Of a stretch of DNA of 50,100 nucleotides, positions 34,643 through 45,091 are shown piece by piece (position 1 is the stretch's first letter; every line of letters begins with the position of its first letter). The position numbers and the translations under genes were made by a program. The notes under the pieces were generated by a model. It saw only the letters and a program-made list of their open reading frames with translations. It searched no databases and had not been told where the DNA came from. This DNA comes from a virus (taxonomy: Duplodnaviria > Caudoviricetes): IMG/VR virus record IMGVR_UViG_3300025889_000174, positions 1-50,100 of that record; one strand, 5' to 3'.

Positions 34643-36136
34643 TTAGATGTCAACATCATTGTCATCATCATTGTCATCATTGGAATCTTGTGTCGGTGTT
34701 AATTGTCCATTTTCTAATCGAACAATATCTTCAAGAGTTCCTCTTTCTTCGACTTTGAAATTTTCAATATTAAAATTGATGTAATTTTTAACATACTTCT
34801 CATTTCCATTCTCGTCGCGCCTTCTAATCAGATCATTGAATCCGGCAGCATCCCTACCTTGATAACGGGAATGTAGTGTTACAAGTTTATGTGAGCCGAA
34901 CCTCTGTCCATCTCTGGTTAAAGACTCTGGGCTTTTCTTAACAAATGCTCCAATATACGATGCGAACCAACTCAACCTATCACTCAATGAAATCATTCCT
35001 GAGTCAACTTCGTCGCCGCCCTTACTGTGAGAATTTTCAGCCATTCTATTTAATTGCATTGATGTGAGAATTGGAATGTTAAGTTCTTTGGCGATGTTTT
35101 TTAGCGCATCAACTTTATTACCGATAACTTGATGCTCGCTGTTCCCAGCTCCGATTTTTTCTCCAGTCAATTTGATGTAATCATAACTGATTAAACATTT
35201 ATTTCCTTTACCAACCCTACTGTAATACCACCTTCTAATAATAGAAAGAATTTGATCAATATCTTTATTTGCAACATAAATATGGTCAACTAATGATTTA
35301 TTCTTAATTAAATTAAAAGCTTTATTCATTTTGTCAACCATCTCTCTATTACGAACCCAATTGCCAGTTCTAATATACCAAAGAGGGACGCCACTAATAT
35401 TTGCAGCAGTTCTAAATTGGATTTCATGTGTATCCATTTCAGTGTCAAGCATTAGGGCAGGACATGAATTTAACTCACTTACCTTGTCGCACAAATCATT
35501 AAGAAGCGTTGTCTTTCCCTGTTTCGGTCTGGCGACAAAAGCGTAAATATTTCCTCCAGAAAATCCACCATAAAGTCTATTAAATTCTGGAAATGGCGTT
35601 CTTAGACCGTCTTCTTCTTGTGGTGATTGAGCAATTTCATTAATCGCATCAATCATTGTAGAATATAGGTTTTTGGGGTCGGAATCGCTAAAATAATTAT
35701 CAAAAGTTTTGGAATAAATCTTATCAGTATCAGAAATTATTTCAACAATACTTTTTGTTTTGGAATCTTCTTTGGCGTATTTTTCCAAACTTTTTGAAGT
35801 GTCTAAGACATCTCGCCTCGCTTGATACCTTTGCAACTCAATAACCATTTCAATAGTCCCCTTTTCAGAAAGGGTATTTATTGTAAATGATTCAATATAT
35901 GTTTCAATATTGATATTGTCCTTTTTTGAATACCCCAAGTTACTAAGTTCTTTAAGTAAGATCGGGGCGTCAATCGGCGCTCCCTTTAGAAATCTTGACT
36001 TAATTGTTTTATAAATTGTTCTATTAATGTCTACTGAAAAGAATGACTCTTTAAAGAATGAGTCAATGTCTGCAATCAGATGAGGGTATTTATATAGCCC
36101 AGCCAAAACTTGGCGTTCAGTTTCTTTTTTGTCCAT
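34643..36136 (-). CDS. dnaB: Replicative DNA helicase
   Basis: ERQVLAGL, ARPKQGKT, DTEM, YDYIK, LK.IAKELNIPI...QLNR. Confidence 0.93.
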   Translation of the reverse strand: MDKKETERQVLAGLYKYPHLIADIDSFFKESFFSVDINRTIYKTIKSRFLKGAPIDAPILLKELSNLGYSKKDNINIETYIESFTINTLSEKGTIEMVIELQRYQARRDVLDTSKSLEKYAKEDSKTKSIVEIISDTDKIYSKTFDNYFSDSDPKNLYSTMIDAINEIAQSPQEEDGLRTPFPEFNRLYGGFSGGNIYAFVARPKQGKTTLLNDLCDKVSELNSCPALMLDTEMDTHEIQFRTAANISGVPLWYIRTGNWVRNREMVDKMNKAFNLIKNKSLVDHIYVANKDIDQILSIIRRWYYSRVGKGNKCLISYDYIKLTGEKIGAGNSEHQVIGNKVDALKNIAKELNIPILTSMQLNRMAENSHSKGGDEVDSGMISLSDRLSWFASYIGAFVKKSPESLTRDGQRFGSHKLVTLHSRYQGRDAAGFNDLIRRRDENGNEKYVKNYINFNIENFKVEERGTLEDIVRLENGQLTPTQDSNDDNDDDNDVDI

Positions 36137-36155
36137 ATCGCTGTTTTATTATTGT

Positions 36156-36446
36156 TTAGAGGGAGAAATCTTCGGGATCATCCTCGTCGTCTCCGAGGTC
36201 GTCCATTTCCGATTCGTAGAAGTAATTGGCCTTAATCATATCTTTTGAAACCTCGTCTTGGGCTTCAATAAACAATCGTATATAAGACATTAAAGCAAGG
36301 GCTTTATGTTGGTTGTCTGCATAGATTTCGTGCTCAATTACATCATCCTCATTATACCTGAATAACATAAACCCACCATTTGAACATTCATCCAATTGAT
36401 TTAGGATTTGTTGCGGCAATTCAAATTTTTGCTTTTTTTCATCCAT
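36156..36446 (-). CDS. Acidic hypothetical protein (96 aa)
   Basis: Intact ORF; GTGTAAAA motif 8 nt upstream. Confidence 0.8.
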   Translation of the reverse strand: MDEKKQKFELPQQILNQLDECSNGGFMLFRYNEDDVIEHEIYADNQHKALALMSYIRLFIEAQDEVSKDMIKANYFYESEMDDLGDDEDDPEDFSL

Positions 36447-36470
36447 ATTGTTTTTTACACTCTTCTTTTT

Positions 36471-36896
36471 TTATATTTCTACCCCAAAAGTATTAAAAAT
36501 ATATTCTTTTGAAAGCAATTTAATGTCTTTTTCTTCTATTTCTATTAGTTCAAAACCATTCATTTTTAACCATTTATACTTTTCTATGTCGCGCCCGATG
36601 CCTTTCCTATAATTCTCCCTAGATCCATTGTGAAAGAATTCGTTATATTCAGAGTGTTGGCGACCATTTACTTCTACAGCAATGTTTTTTGTTAAATTAA
36701 GGATGTCTACCCGCATCCTGCTTCCGTAAACTGGAAACTCTTCATAAACACAATGTCCAATCCAATATTTTTTAAGAAATTGCTTGACTGAAAATTGCAT
36801 TTTAGAAAGACTCTTTCCATTCCATTTTATCTTATATTTATCAACGTTTCTACTTTTGGTAGATCCGTCAATTGATTTTAAGAAAAGTCTCGGCAT
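36471..36896 (-). CDS. Vsr/DUF559-like endonuclease
   Basis: EEFPV, RVD, AVEVNGRQH, RD.EK..W...NG. Confidence 0.75.
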   Translation of the reverse strand: MPRLFLKSIDGSTKSRNVDKYKIKWNGKSLSKMQFSVKQFLKKYWIGHCVYEEFPVYGSRMRVDILNLTKNIAVEVNGRQHSEYNEFFHNGSRENYRKGIGRDIEKYKWLKMNGFELIEIEEKDIKLLSKEYIFNTFGVEI

Positions 36897-36899
36897 ATC

Positions 36900-38171
36900 T
36901 TAATTAAGGATACCGTGTTTTTTGAAAATGTCAATAAGAAAGTTGATTAAAGCTGGATTTGAATCTAAAATATCCAAAACCTTATCCTCTCCATGCATCT
37001 TGTCAGGAACCTGTGGAAAATAATCATTAATCAATTTTGACAAATTTTCATCTTCGGCCAATATTTTAGTTAGTTTCATTTGGTCCTCTTCCTCAAGATC
37101 GTCGTTGATTCCTTTTAAAATTAATTCTTTGTTTTTGTTATCTTTTATAGCTTCATCAATTGCCTTGGATCTATTTTGGCTTTCCTCATTGATGGTATTG
37201 AAAATTTCCTCATCAAAATTAAACCAGCCACCTTTTTTCTTAACTAGATCATACATTAGAAGAAGATCGTAAACTTCCCTTTCGAGCCAAATACTCTTTC
37301 CATTCTCGGACTTACGGCGAATTGGGTAATGAACAACTTCATGAGTAGTTTCATTCATTGATTTTTTAATGACAACCCTAGAAGTATGACCAATAACCCT
37401 CATCTTCTCCTTATCTTTTCCCTCATTTTCCATAATGAGATCCATATTACGAACCAATTCATATTCAAATGTCCAGTCTGCATAATGAAGGAGAGCGTTC
37501 CCGCCAGAAGCGCCGACATTCTTTGTCTTCTTCTGATAGCCGATTACAATTTCATCCCTATGCTGGGAAAGCATAATACACATATGTCCGAGTTCATGAG
37601 TGATGTCTGAAATTTGAGGGAGAAGTTGAGCCATGATAGCAGGAATACTACCGCCGCCGACTCTTTTTTCAGATTCATCATCCTTGCCGTTATTTGCCTT
37701 AATCGTCAGGGCATCCGTAGAATCGACTATAAAGCAGTAATTGATTCCTCTGGTATCTCGAATCAGACTTTTCATCAAACCGAATACAAGGCTGCATTCT
37801 CGGCCTTTAATGACCTCAAAGCGCTCTTGGTCAACCCCACTTCTATCCAAAATCTTTTGAGAGAGTCTTCCTTCGCATTTAAAATAGATTACCTTGCTAT
37901 TTTTATGGAGGTTTAAGAAGTTTTTTGCAATCTCAAGGGCTTCTGATGTTTTTCCTGATTCAGTTGGCCCAACAAACCGAATAATACCAGGGCCAAGTCC
38001 GCCACCCACCTTTTGATCAAATTTTAAGCTACCAGTGCTGACCAGATAATTGTTATTTGCTGATTTTTCAAATTCATTAATACCTTCCTCGTCATTTTTA
38101 TCAAGGTAGCTTTTAATAATGTCCTCTGGTGTTAACTGGCCGTCATTTTTGCTTTTTTTACTCTTTTTCAT
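36900..38171 (-). CDS. recA: RecA/UvsX-like recombinase
   Basis: STGS..FD...GGG, GPTESGKT, IVDS, SQ.R, SGGNAL.HYA, KKGGWF; alternative start 38192. Confidence 0.88.
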   Translation of the reverse strand: MKKSKKSKNDGQLTPEDIIKSYLDKNDEEGINEFEKSANNNYLVSTGSLKFDQKVGGGLGPGIIRFVGPTESGKTSEALEIAKNFLNLHKNSKVIYFKCEGRLSQKILDRSGVDQERFEVIKGRECSLVFGLMKSLIRDTRGINYCFIVDSTDALTIKANNGKDDESEKRVGGGSIPAIMAQLLPQISDITHELGHMCIMLSQHRDEIVIGYQKKTKNVGASGGNALLHYADWTFEYELVRNMDLIMENEGKDKEKMRVIGHTSRVVIKKSMNETTHEVVHYPIRRKSENGKSIWLEREVYDLLLMYDLVKKKGGWFNFDEEIFNTINEESQNRSKAIDEAIKDNKNKELILKGINDDLEEEDQMKLTKILAEDENLSKLINDYFPQVPDKMHGEDKVLDILDSNPALINFLIDIFKKHGILN

Positions 38172-38179
38172 ATTTTTCT

Positions 38180-38374
38180 TTAGTGAATCCATGCGTTTGC
38201 AAAGAAACTGCTTAATTCGTTTTTTATTTTATCTGGATGATCTGTCAAGTTACTTGAGTAGCCAATTCTATTAGACTCCTCTTCTGAAATTAATTTTTTA
38301 AGCAATTCTATGTCTTTGTATGATAGTTTTTTTAATTTTTCTTTTGTTTTACTAATATTTATCAAATCACTCAT
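38180..38374 (-). CDS. Hypothetical protein (64 aa)
   Basis: Packed in the operon. Confidence 0.65.
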   Translation of the reverse strand: MSDLINISKTKEKLKKLSYKDIELLKKLISEEESNRIGYSSNLTDHPDKIKNELSSFFANAWIH

Positions 38375-38774
38375 ACTTTTTTATAAAATCTAAAAATCTC
38401 GTTGGTTTAAAATCCTCTTTTGATACTAAATATAAAGGATCGTCAGATAAAGTCAATTCTTTTTTTGGCTTTTCCTCGCTCTCTTTCTTTAATTCCTCCT
38501 CATTGTCGAACAGCCTCTTGTAGTTTTTTAATACCTCTTTCATTTGGGGGGTAATGTAACCAATAAGCGATGTTTTCTTCTTCCCGCTATAATTGGCTAC
38601 AAAAAACCTCCAAAATTCAAAAGAATACATATCAAGGAGAACCTTTGCTGTCTTTATTTGAATGGCGTAATTTGTTCTCGCTGTTTTATTTACAAGACCC
38701 TCCACAAGATAAGTGCATTGCTTTTGGCTGTATTGCTTCTTATTCTTTACCGTTTTTTTCTTCTTTGGGGGCAT
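38367..38774 (-). CDS. Basic hypothetical protein (135 aa)
   Basis: Packed in the operon. Confidence 0.75.
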   Translation of the reverse strand: MPPKKKKTVKNKKQYSQKQCTYLVEGLVNKTARTNYAIQIKTAKVLLDMYSFEFWRFFVANYSGKKKTSLIGYITPQMKEVLKNYKRLFDNEEELKKESEEKPKKELTLSDDPLYLVSKEDFKPTRFLDFIKKYE

Positions 38775-38976
38775 ATTTTGGCATTAATTCAATATATTTT
38801 TGAACCACTTTTGGGGCAAATGCCCCGATAACGAACATTGACACTATATACAATCCAATCTCGCTGTCAAGTTTAATTGTTAAAAAAGAAAAATAAAACG
38901 ATGCAAAAAGAGAAAATAGTGACATTATTCTCACTGATGATAGCTTTTTATTATCATCTTTTAAAAATTCATTCAT
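38740..38976 (-). CDS. Small two-TM membrane protein, holin-like
   Basis: D....LSS.R start, two hydrophobic helices, charged C-terminal tail. Confidence 0.55.
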   Translation of the reverse strand: MNEFLKDDNKKLSSVRIMSLFSLFASFYFSFLTIKLDSEIGLYIVSMFVIGAFAPKVVQKYIELMPKYAPKEEKNGKE

Positions 38977-40066
38977 AGCTTTTCAAATCATTTTCCATCA
39001 TTTCATTAACCAAATCCTCAAAAGAGTATTCTGGCCGCCATCCTAACTCTTTGCGAGCTAAAGAGCTGTCTCCATGAAGAAGGCTTACCTCTGCTGGTCT
39101 GAAAAATTGAGGATCAATTTCTACCAAAATATTCATGGCTTTATCCACTGCTTGAATATTGACAAGGTCTTTTTCTGAAAGCTTTTCCAGCTCTTCATTA
39201 TTTAAATATCTATTTTCAGTCGGCAACCACCATTGCAAAGAAATTCCAATTTTTTCAAAACAAATTTCAATAAATTCTTTTACTGAATATACTGAATTGT
39301 TGCTGAATACATATCTTTTGTTCGCATCTCCATTATTGACCAAATTCCAAATTCCTTTTGCAAAGTCTTTCGCATGACTCCAATCTCTCTTAGCTAAAAT
39401 ATTACCTATTTTTAATGGGTTGATCTTTTTTATCGCCCCCCTTCCAGAATCAAATTCACTTTTAATTCTAGCCACTTCATTTGTTATTTTTCTTGTTACA
39501 TAATGTTTTTGTCTGCGAGGGCTTTCATGATTATAACATATCGCATGATAAACACTTATATCATATGATTCTCTATACACCTTGCTCACCATCTCTGACG
39601 CAGATTTACTCACTCCATAAATAGATCGTGGCTTATGTGGGTGGTTTTCATCCTGTGGAGAATATTCAACATTTCCCCACTGCTCGCTCGACCCACTCGA
39701 ATAAACTTTGCATTTCGGCGCATAATCTTTAATTGCCTCCAAAATATGAATTAATGATATTGTATTTACTTGCATACATAATGCGGGGCTTTTCCAAGAA
39801 TCTGGAACAAAAGCAGACGCACCAAAATTCAAAAAATAATCTGGGAGTTCATTTTTAATAACCTCTCTTATACTATGGGGGTCGCAAAGATCCATGTCAA
39901 TCATTTTAAATCTAGGATTACCAATGCATTTTTTAAGATTGCCTAATATAGCTTGAGAAGTTCTCCTTGTTGTTGCAATTACGAAATTATCCTCATCTTC
40001 AAGTAGATGTTCGCACATATAAGACCCTGTTTGTCCCGTTGCCCCGCTTACTATAATATTTTTCAT
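38969..40066 (-). CDS. gmd: GDP-mannose 4,6-dehydratase
   Basis: GATGQTGSY, SSE, PRSIYGVSK, NHESPRR, VTRKIT, GN..AKRDW.HA.D, FRPAEV..L.GD. Confidence 0.92.
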   Translation of the reverse strand: MKNIIVSGATGQTGSYMCEHLLEDEDNFVIATTRRTSQAILGNLKKCIGNPRFKMIDMDLCDPHSIREVIKNELPDYFLNFGASAFVPDSWKSPALCMQVNTISLIHILEAIKDYAPKCKVYSSGSSEQWGNVEYSPQDENHPHKPRSIYGVSKSASEMVSKVYRESYDISVYHAICYNHESPRRQKHYVTRKITNEVARIKSEFDSGRGAIKKINPLKIGNILAKRDWSHAKDFAKGIWNLVNNGDANKRYVFSNNSVYSVKEFIEICFEKIGISLQWWLPTENRYLNNEELEKLSEKDLVNIQAVDKAMNILVEIDPQFFRPAEVSLLHGDSSLARKELGWRPEYSFEDLVNEMMENDLKSYE

Positions 40067-40078
40067 ATTTTTTTTTCT

Positions 40079-40840
40079 TTAATCAAAGTTTAATTTAGGA
40101 ATGGTTTCGCCAGTTTTTTTAAAGTATTCTTCATTAAATTCAAGGCAATTTTGTTGATCGTTCCATTTATACGAGCAACCCGCTCCGTTATTGAAATGTT
40201 TTTCTTGATATTTGATTTTATTTTTTGTCGTTTCATTATTTATCCAAGTCAAATGCTTTACATGGGCAACTCGTTTCGGTATGACCATTTGGGACAGATT
40301 TTTATATGATATATCTTTAGTGCTATCATTTACACCATAGACCATATCATTGTCCCAGTAAAATCCCTTTGACCCCTTTGTTTTGAAAATTCTTGGTGGG
40401 CAAAACCCATCTATCCAGCAATTTCCGTCAAAAACATAGTTTTTAAAATTGATATTAAAAGAATTGACAAATTCATTAAATGACACGAACCTAATTATAC
40501 CGCTTATTTCATCCTCTGTATAAATCTCATCTGCATCTAAAATCCAAACATAATCACAACCCTTATTGATTAATTGATTATAAGCCAAGGTTCTTGCGTC
40601 AGATTCTTTAATGTATCTTGGTTGTGTGATCGTTTTAATATTATAATCCTTGACAAGAATTTCAGCAGTGTTATCTTCTTCGTGGCCGATCTCTTTATAT
40701 TCCTCAAACGGCAATGAAATAGCGCAAATTTCTAAATTACTATTATTTTTTTGAAATTCGATCCATGATCTCAAACATGAATCTATCGTCCCAGATGAAT
40801 TGTATGCTGCTAAAATTATTCCAAATTTTAAATTATTCAT
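40079..40840 (-). CDS. Glycosyltransferase family 2
   Basis: IILAAYNS...I, WILDADE. Confidence 0.82.
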   Translation of the reverse strand: MNNLKFGIILAAYNSSGTIDSCLRSWIEFQKNNSNLEICAISLPFEEYKEIGHEEDNTAEILVKDYNIKTITQPRYIKESDARTLAYNQLINKGCDYVWILDADEIYTEDEISGIIRFVSFNEFVNSFNINFKNYVFDGNCWIDGFCPPRIFKTKGSKGFYWDNDMVYGVNDSTKDISYKNLSQMVIPKRVAHVKHLTWINNETTKNKIKYQEKHFNNGAGCSYKWNDQQNCLEFNEEYFKKTGETIPKLNFD

Positions 40841-40869
40841 TAGTCATGTTGTTATTTTTGTTAATAATT

Positions 40870-41574
40870 TTATTTTTTTTGCAAAAATAGATTTGCTTGA
40901 TCTATTCTTTTTATTTTGTAACCATTTTTTAAACAAAATTTTACATAATCATCCATTGTCCTTCCAAATTTTGAAGAAGATAAATCACCATATTCACAAA
41001 TTATTTTCGGGGAATATTTTTCTATGATTTTTTGACATCCAATTAAAGCATCTATATCGCATCCCTCTGCGTCTACTTTTATAAAATCTATTTGTTCATC
41101 AATGATTTCGTCAACCCTGACGGCCTTTATATTACCATCTTTTGATTCGATTAAAGATATTGATCCAATGCTTTTTATATAATCATACCCCCTCGACATA
41201 TCTCCAACAAAGCCGTCTTGCATTTCTTGTGGGGCAATTTTAAAATTTCCGGACTTGCTATAGCATCCAAATTGGTACGTTTTGCAATTAGTTAAATTAT
41301 TTAACTTAATATTTTCATTCAAAAGATTAAAAATAGTCTCTTGAGGTTCAAATGCAAAAACAAATTTACTTTTTTTTGCTAAATAACATGTAATAATACC
41401 AATATTCGCCCCAATGTCTAAACAAACGCTGTCACTCGTTATAGTCTCATCAATTTCTTCAATTATTTTTTCATCTGAAAATGCGGAATCATTTTTAAGT
41501 TTTTGGAAAAGATAATCGTTAGAAAATCCTTTAAAAGTGCCAAAATTTGATTTTATTATTTCTAGATTTTTCAT
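40870..41574 (-). CDS. FkbM-family methyltransferase
   Basis: LDIGANIG, AFEP, IKVDAEG. Confidence 0.9.
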   Translation of the reverse strand: MKNLEIIKSNFGTFKGFSNDYLFQKLKNDSAFSDEKIIEEIDETITSDSVCLDIGANIGIITCYLAKKSKFVFAFEPQETIFNLLNENIKLNNLTNCKTYQFGCYSKSGNFKIAPQEMQDGFVGDMSRGYDYIKSIGSISLIESKDGNIKAVRVDEIIDEQIDFIKVDAEGCDIDALIGCQKIIEKYSPKIICEYGDLSSSKFGRTMDDYVKFCLKNGYKIKRIDQANLFLQKK

Positions 41575-41581
41575 TTTTTTT

Positions 41582-42196
41582 TTAATTTTGAATTAGTTTT
41601 ATAATGTCTTCCCAATACATGTCCTTGTATTCGTTTTTATTTTTTATAATTTTATAAAATTTATCTGGCAACTTATAATTTGGATCAACCCACCAGTCTT
41701 CAAATGGAGAATTTCCATTATTGTTATAATGAACATTTTCAAATATACAAAGGTATCCTTTTTTTGACAACAATTCAAACGATTCATTCTTTAAACTTTG
41801 ATTTCCATTGCATAATTCATGTTCGAAAGTCATTGCTTTAAATTTTATATCATTAGCCGATTCTAGTATCTTTTTTAGGGCCGTTCCAGAACATTCATCT
41901 ACATCTATTGATATATAAGATATATTGGGATCAATATTTAACAAAAATTCATCAAATAAGTCTGTTTTGATATCACACTGAAAAAAATTTTTTCGAACAT
42001 CGTTGTAAAAGTTTTGATCTACAAACACTCCCTCACACCCAATCTCCTCAAAGGCGTAACAATTAGACTTTGTATTCATTTCAGCACACCCTATGTCAAG
42101 AAAATTAAAATTTTCGACATTTTCATTTTTAAACAACTCTAAAACAAAGATGTCTTGACCCTCTCCCGAATATGATTTTTTTATTTTTATACTCAT
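41582..42196 (-). CDS. FkbM-like methyltransferase
   Basis: S..GQD, FLDIGC, SN, YISIDVD, TFEH, FEDWW. Confidence 0.75.
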   Translation of the reverse strand: MSIKIKKSYSGEGQDIFVLELFKNENVENFNFLDIGCAEMNTKSNCYAFEEIGCEGVFVDQNFYNDVRKNFFQCDIKTDLFDEFLLNIDPNISYISIDVDECSGTALKKILESANDIKFKAMTFEHELCNGNQSLKNESFELLSKKGYLCIFENVHYNNNGNSPFEDWWVDPNYKLPDKFYKIIKNKNEYKDMYWEDIIKLIQN

Positions 42197-43023
42197 GTGT
42201 TTATTAATTTAATCAATTCTACAATTTTATCAACTTTTATTTTAGAAATATGTTCGTCGCTCAAATATTGAGAGTTAGGGTTTATCGGCTGAATGTTTTT
42301 AACAAACTCTTTTGAATAATAAGAATGAGAATACAGGGCGACCGTTGGGATATTATATGCGGATGCAATCCAGCACATTGCTGTATCTACAGTAACCAAG
42401 AATTTACATCTATGAAGTAGTTTAACAGAATCAATGAACGAAGTATTGGAATTTTTAATGGCAGAAAAGTAATTGGCGCTATCCGTTTTGTTACATAATT
42501 GTAAAACATCATAGCCCTGCTTCTTAAAAAAATAAATCAAACTGTAAATTTGATCAGAAGTTAAAGATTTGTGCGGAGCGCCGTATGCCCCAAAAGGGCA
42601 AAAAGCAACTGTATTATTCAATTTTTCTTCGTCGCCCCAGTATTTAACTAAATTTATTTTATCGTCACACTCTGGTAAATTATAACAAAAGGCGACATCT
42701 TTTACTTGGTGCCGTCTCTTAAACCAGTCTTCGCCATCAATATGAGGAATCATTGGATTGTAGAATTCATCAAATTGCATAGCGGATGCATTGCGGCGAT
42801 CTAAATCTGTTGGAAAATCATCATAGCCGTCAGCAATAAAAAAGCCATTAATATTAGGTTGATTGTAAAAAAGCGGCACAATATCTTTATATTTCTTATT
42901 TACAGTCATACAAAGGGAGGCTTCTGGATAGAGTTCCCGCAATACATCAAATGATGGTTGGTTCATTGCCAGATCTCCGAATTGTCCTTGGCGACCAAAT
43001 GCTATTTTATTTATCTTGCTCAT
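42193..43023 (-). CDS. Glycosyltransferase family 9 (heptosyltransferase-like), full length
   Basis: GQFGDL, VTVDTAMCWIASAYNIPTVALY. Confidence 0.82.
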   Translation of the reverse strand: MSKINKIAFGRQGQFGDLAMNQPSFDVLRELYPEASLCMTVNKKYKDIVPLFYNQPNINGFFIADGYDDFPTDLDRRNASAMQFDEFYNPMIPHIDGEDWFKRRHQVKDVAFCYNLPECDDKINLVKYWGDEEKLNNTVAFCPFGAYGAPHKSLTSDQIYSLIYFFKKQGYDVLQLCNKTDSANYFSAIKNSNTSFIDSVKLLHRCKFLVTVDTAMCWIASAYNIPTVALYSHSYYSKEFVKNIQPINPNSQYLSDEHISKIKVDKIVELIKLINT

Positions 43024-43348
43024 GTTCTAATCTAAATCCAATTCTCCACAAAAACTCACCCATGCTTTCACTTATCTCATCTACAATTTCATTATCTACT
43101 TCAAAGAGGCAAGCGTGAAAAGATTCATCAATGCAAATTTTAAGAAATTCTTTTTGATCAACATCTGGATTTATCCACATTTCTTTTTGGGTTGCATTTC
43201 TATCATCACATGAACCATCGGCGTCATAATCGAAGAAGTCATCTGGAGGCTTTCTCCAAATTACTTTATATTTTTTGCCCCTGAATACATGGGCTTTTAT
43301 ATCTCGGAAATCGCCAAACTTTTTATTGGCCTTTAGCTTCTTTTTCAT
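43007..43348 (-). CDS. Hypothetical protein, degenerate zincin-like
   Basis: IDESFHA in place of HExxH, with a downstream NE.VD. Confidence 0.6.
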   Translation of the reverse strand: MKKKLKANKKFGDFRDIKAHVFRGKKYKVIWRKPPDDFFDYDADGSCDDRNATQKEMWINPDVDQKEFLKICIDESFHACLFEVDNEIVDEISESMGEFLWRIGFRLEHEQDK

Positions 43349-44249
43349 AGATGTTTAAGATTTTTTGTGCGACTGTATTTGGCTTAAAGGTGTTAGTGGG
43401 CAAATCGCTATAAAGCGTTTGTAAGGACGTAAGAAAATCGTCTTTCCAATTTGTAACATTTTCAATAATTTCATTAACCTTACTCACGATATGCCCCGCA
43501 GTTGGTTCGACTGAATATTTATGATTTAAGAATTCTTTGGCGCACTTATTGTCTAGACAGGTTATTGGGACACAGCCACATATCGCCGCTTCGATCATTG
43601 GGAGGCCGATACCCTCAATCCTAGAAGGAAAAATTAAAAATTGAGAATCGTTATAAAGGTCGTTTAGGTTGTCATCAGAGATGATTCCAAAATAATTCCC
43701 AAAATTTGGATTTTCAGAACCGACAACTGCCAACCTACTCTCCTCTCCGGTTGCCCGTAAAGCTTCGACTATCAGACTGAATCTTTTGTTTGGGTCATTT
43801 GCCCTGCCAACATAAAGATACTTCCACTTTCTATCAAGGAATTTTTTCTTATTATCTTTTAGGTAAACTGGTTTGATTGGATTGTAAATGACTTCACTGA
43901 CATTGATATTGAGGTATTTTTTTAATTGGTTGGCCGTTGTGTGACTAATGGCAGTCACAACATCAGTTTTCAGCAATTGGTTTTTCAACTTGTCGAGATC
44001 GTTTTGTGTATAATAACCGCCTTCAATGAGATGCTCTGGAATGTCCAAGATATTCGCGACCTTTAGGTCGCTTTTACAGTTAATCAAATCGTCAAAAGGG
44101 GGATTATTGCAGTATGCTAAGTCATAATAAAAATTGTTTTTTGGATTTATATCAATTTCTAAATCATTTCTTCCAAGATTTTCAAAACCATCTGCGATTC
44201 TTGGTAATTGGCAGGTGAATCCGTCTGCGCCGAAAAGTGCGATTCTCAT
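43323..44249 (-). CDS. Glycosyltransferase family 4
   Basis: YVGR...NKR, PSRIEGIGLPMIEAAICG. Confidence 0.9.
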   Translation of the reverse strand: MRIALFGADGFTCQLPRIADGFENLGRNDLEIDINPKNNFYYDLAYCNNPPFDDLINCKSDLKVANILDIPEHLIEGGYYTQNDLDKLKNQLLKTDVVTAISHTTANQLKKYLNINVSEVIYNPIKPVYLKDNKKKFLDRKWKYLYVGRANDPNKRFSLIVEALRATGEESRLAVVGSENPNFGNYFGIISDDNLNDLYNDSQFLIFPSRIEGIGLPMIEAAICGCVPITCLDNKCAKEFLNHKYSVEPTAGHIVSKVNEIIENVTNWKDDFLTSLQTLYSDLPTNTFKPNTVAQKILNIYEKEAKGQ

Positions 44250-45091
44250 AACTTGAACTTTAGCTTATGCTCTATTGTTTCTTCTTGTTTTAGCTTTTCT
44301 GTCGTCTGTGGGACATCCTTTTTGCGCCCACCACATCTTGCTTCCCAGTGAGGGTTCCAAAATGTGTCAATTTTTTCTCGATATTTGAAGTTTAAATATC
44401 CAGTATGAATCGTGTAAATCGGTAGCTTGTAGCAGTTTTCTGCCAAAAGCAATTCATCGGGGACAATATTATGACTCAGAACAATGTTGTTATTCTCATC
44501 AACCAATTCTGTGCTATCTGACATTTCTGTATTTATCGTTTTATCGTCATTCCATGCAAAATTTGGAACGCCACGTTTATAACCTTCTTGGTGCATCCTA
44601 AATTTGCGACCAACAACAACATTTTTTCTAATACTTGACATTTCACCCCAAACGTCAATAGAAGGAATTAAATAACAATTTGGAAATTTATCAACAAGCA
44701 TGTCTTCGGCAATTGTGCGCCAAGTATGAACTTGATTAAGATCAAAATACTCATCGATATCCATTTGTATTTTAATTGGGTTTCTAGAGGCTTGCAAGGC
44801 CTCATTTTTTACCTTCCCGTCAAACTCAATGTCGGAATAAGAAAAGTCAGTTGGGATTGTGACAATGTTAATTTTTTTGTCGCTTTTTAACGCCTTAATT
44901 CTTTTTACAGCATCATTGACCAGATGATAGGTATCGTCTTCCGATTGGTTGATAGCAATAACAATTTCGTCACCGTCTTCTAAAAAGTCAAAATAGTTTT
45001 TTAGTGGTGAAATGTAATCAATATCGTATTTTTCAGTATTATAAACTTGGGTATATACTGAAAGTAAGCCTTTTTGGTTGTTGTTATTCAT
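44246..45091 (-). CDS. Glycosyltransferase family 2-like
   Basis: YN, SEDDT, KNEALQA, QMDIDE, IH.GY. Confidence 0.78.
   Translation of the reverse strand: MNNNNQKGLLSVYTQVYNTEKYDIDYISPLKNYFDFLEDGDEIVIAINQSEDDTYHLVNDAVKRIKALKSDKKINIVTIPTDFSYSDIEFDGKVKNEALQASRNPIKIQMDIDEYFDLNQVHTWRTIAEDMLVDKFPNCYLIPSIDVWGEMSSIRKNVVVGRKFRMHQEGYKRGVPNFAWNDDKTINTEMSDSTELVDENNNIVLSHNIVPDELLLAENCYKLPIYTIHTGYLNFKYREKIDTFWNPHWEARCGGRKKDVPQTTEKLKQEETIEHKLKFKL

Noticed and set aside
25541-36136. Inteins or introns in dnaE and dnaB
   Set aside because: Protein lengths are normal or short and no intein terminal motifs were seen
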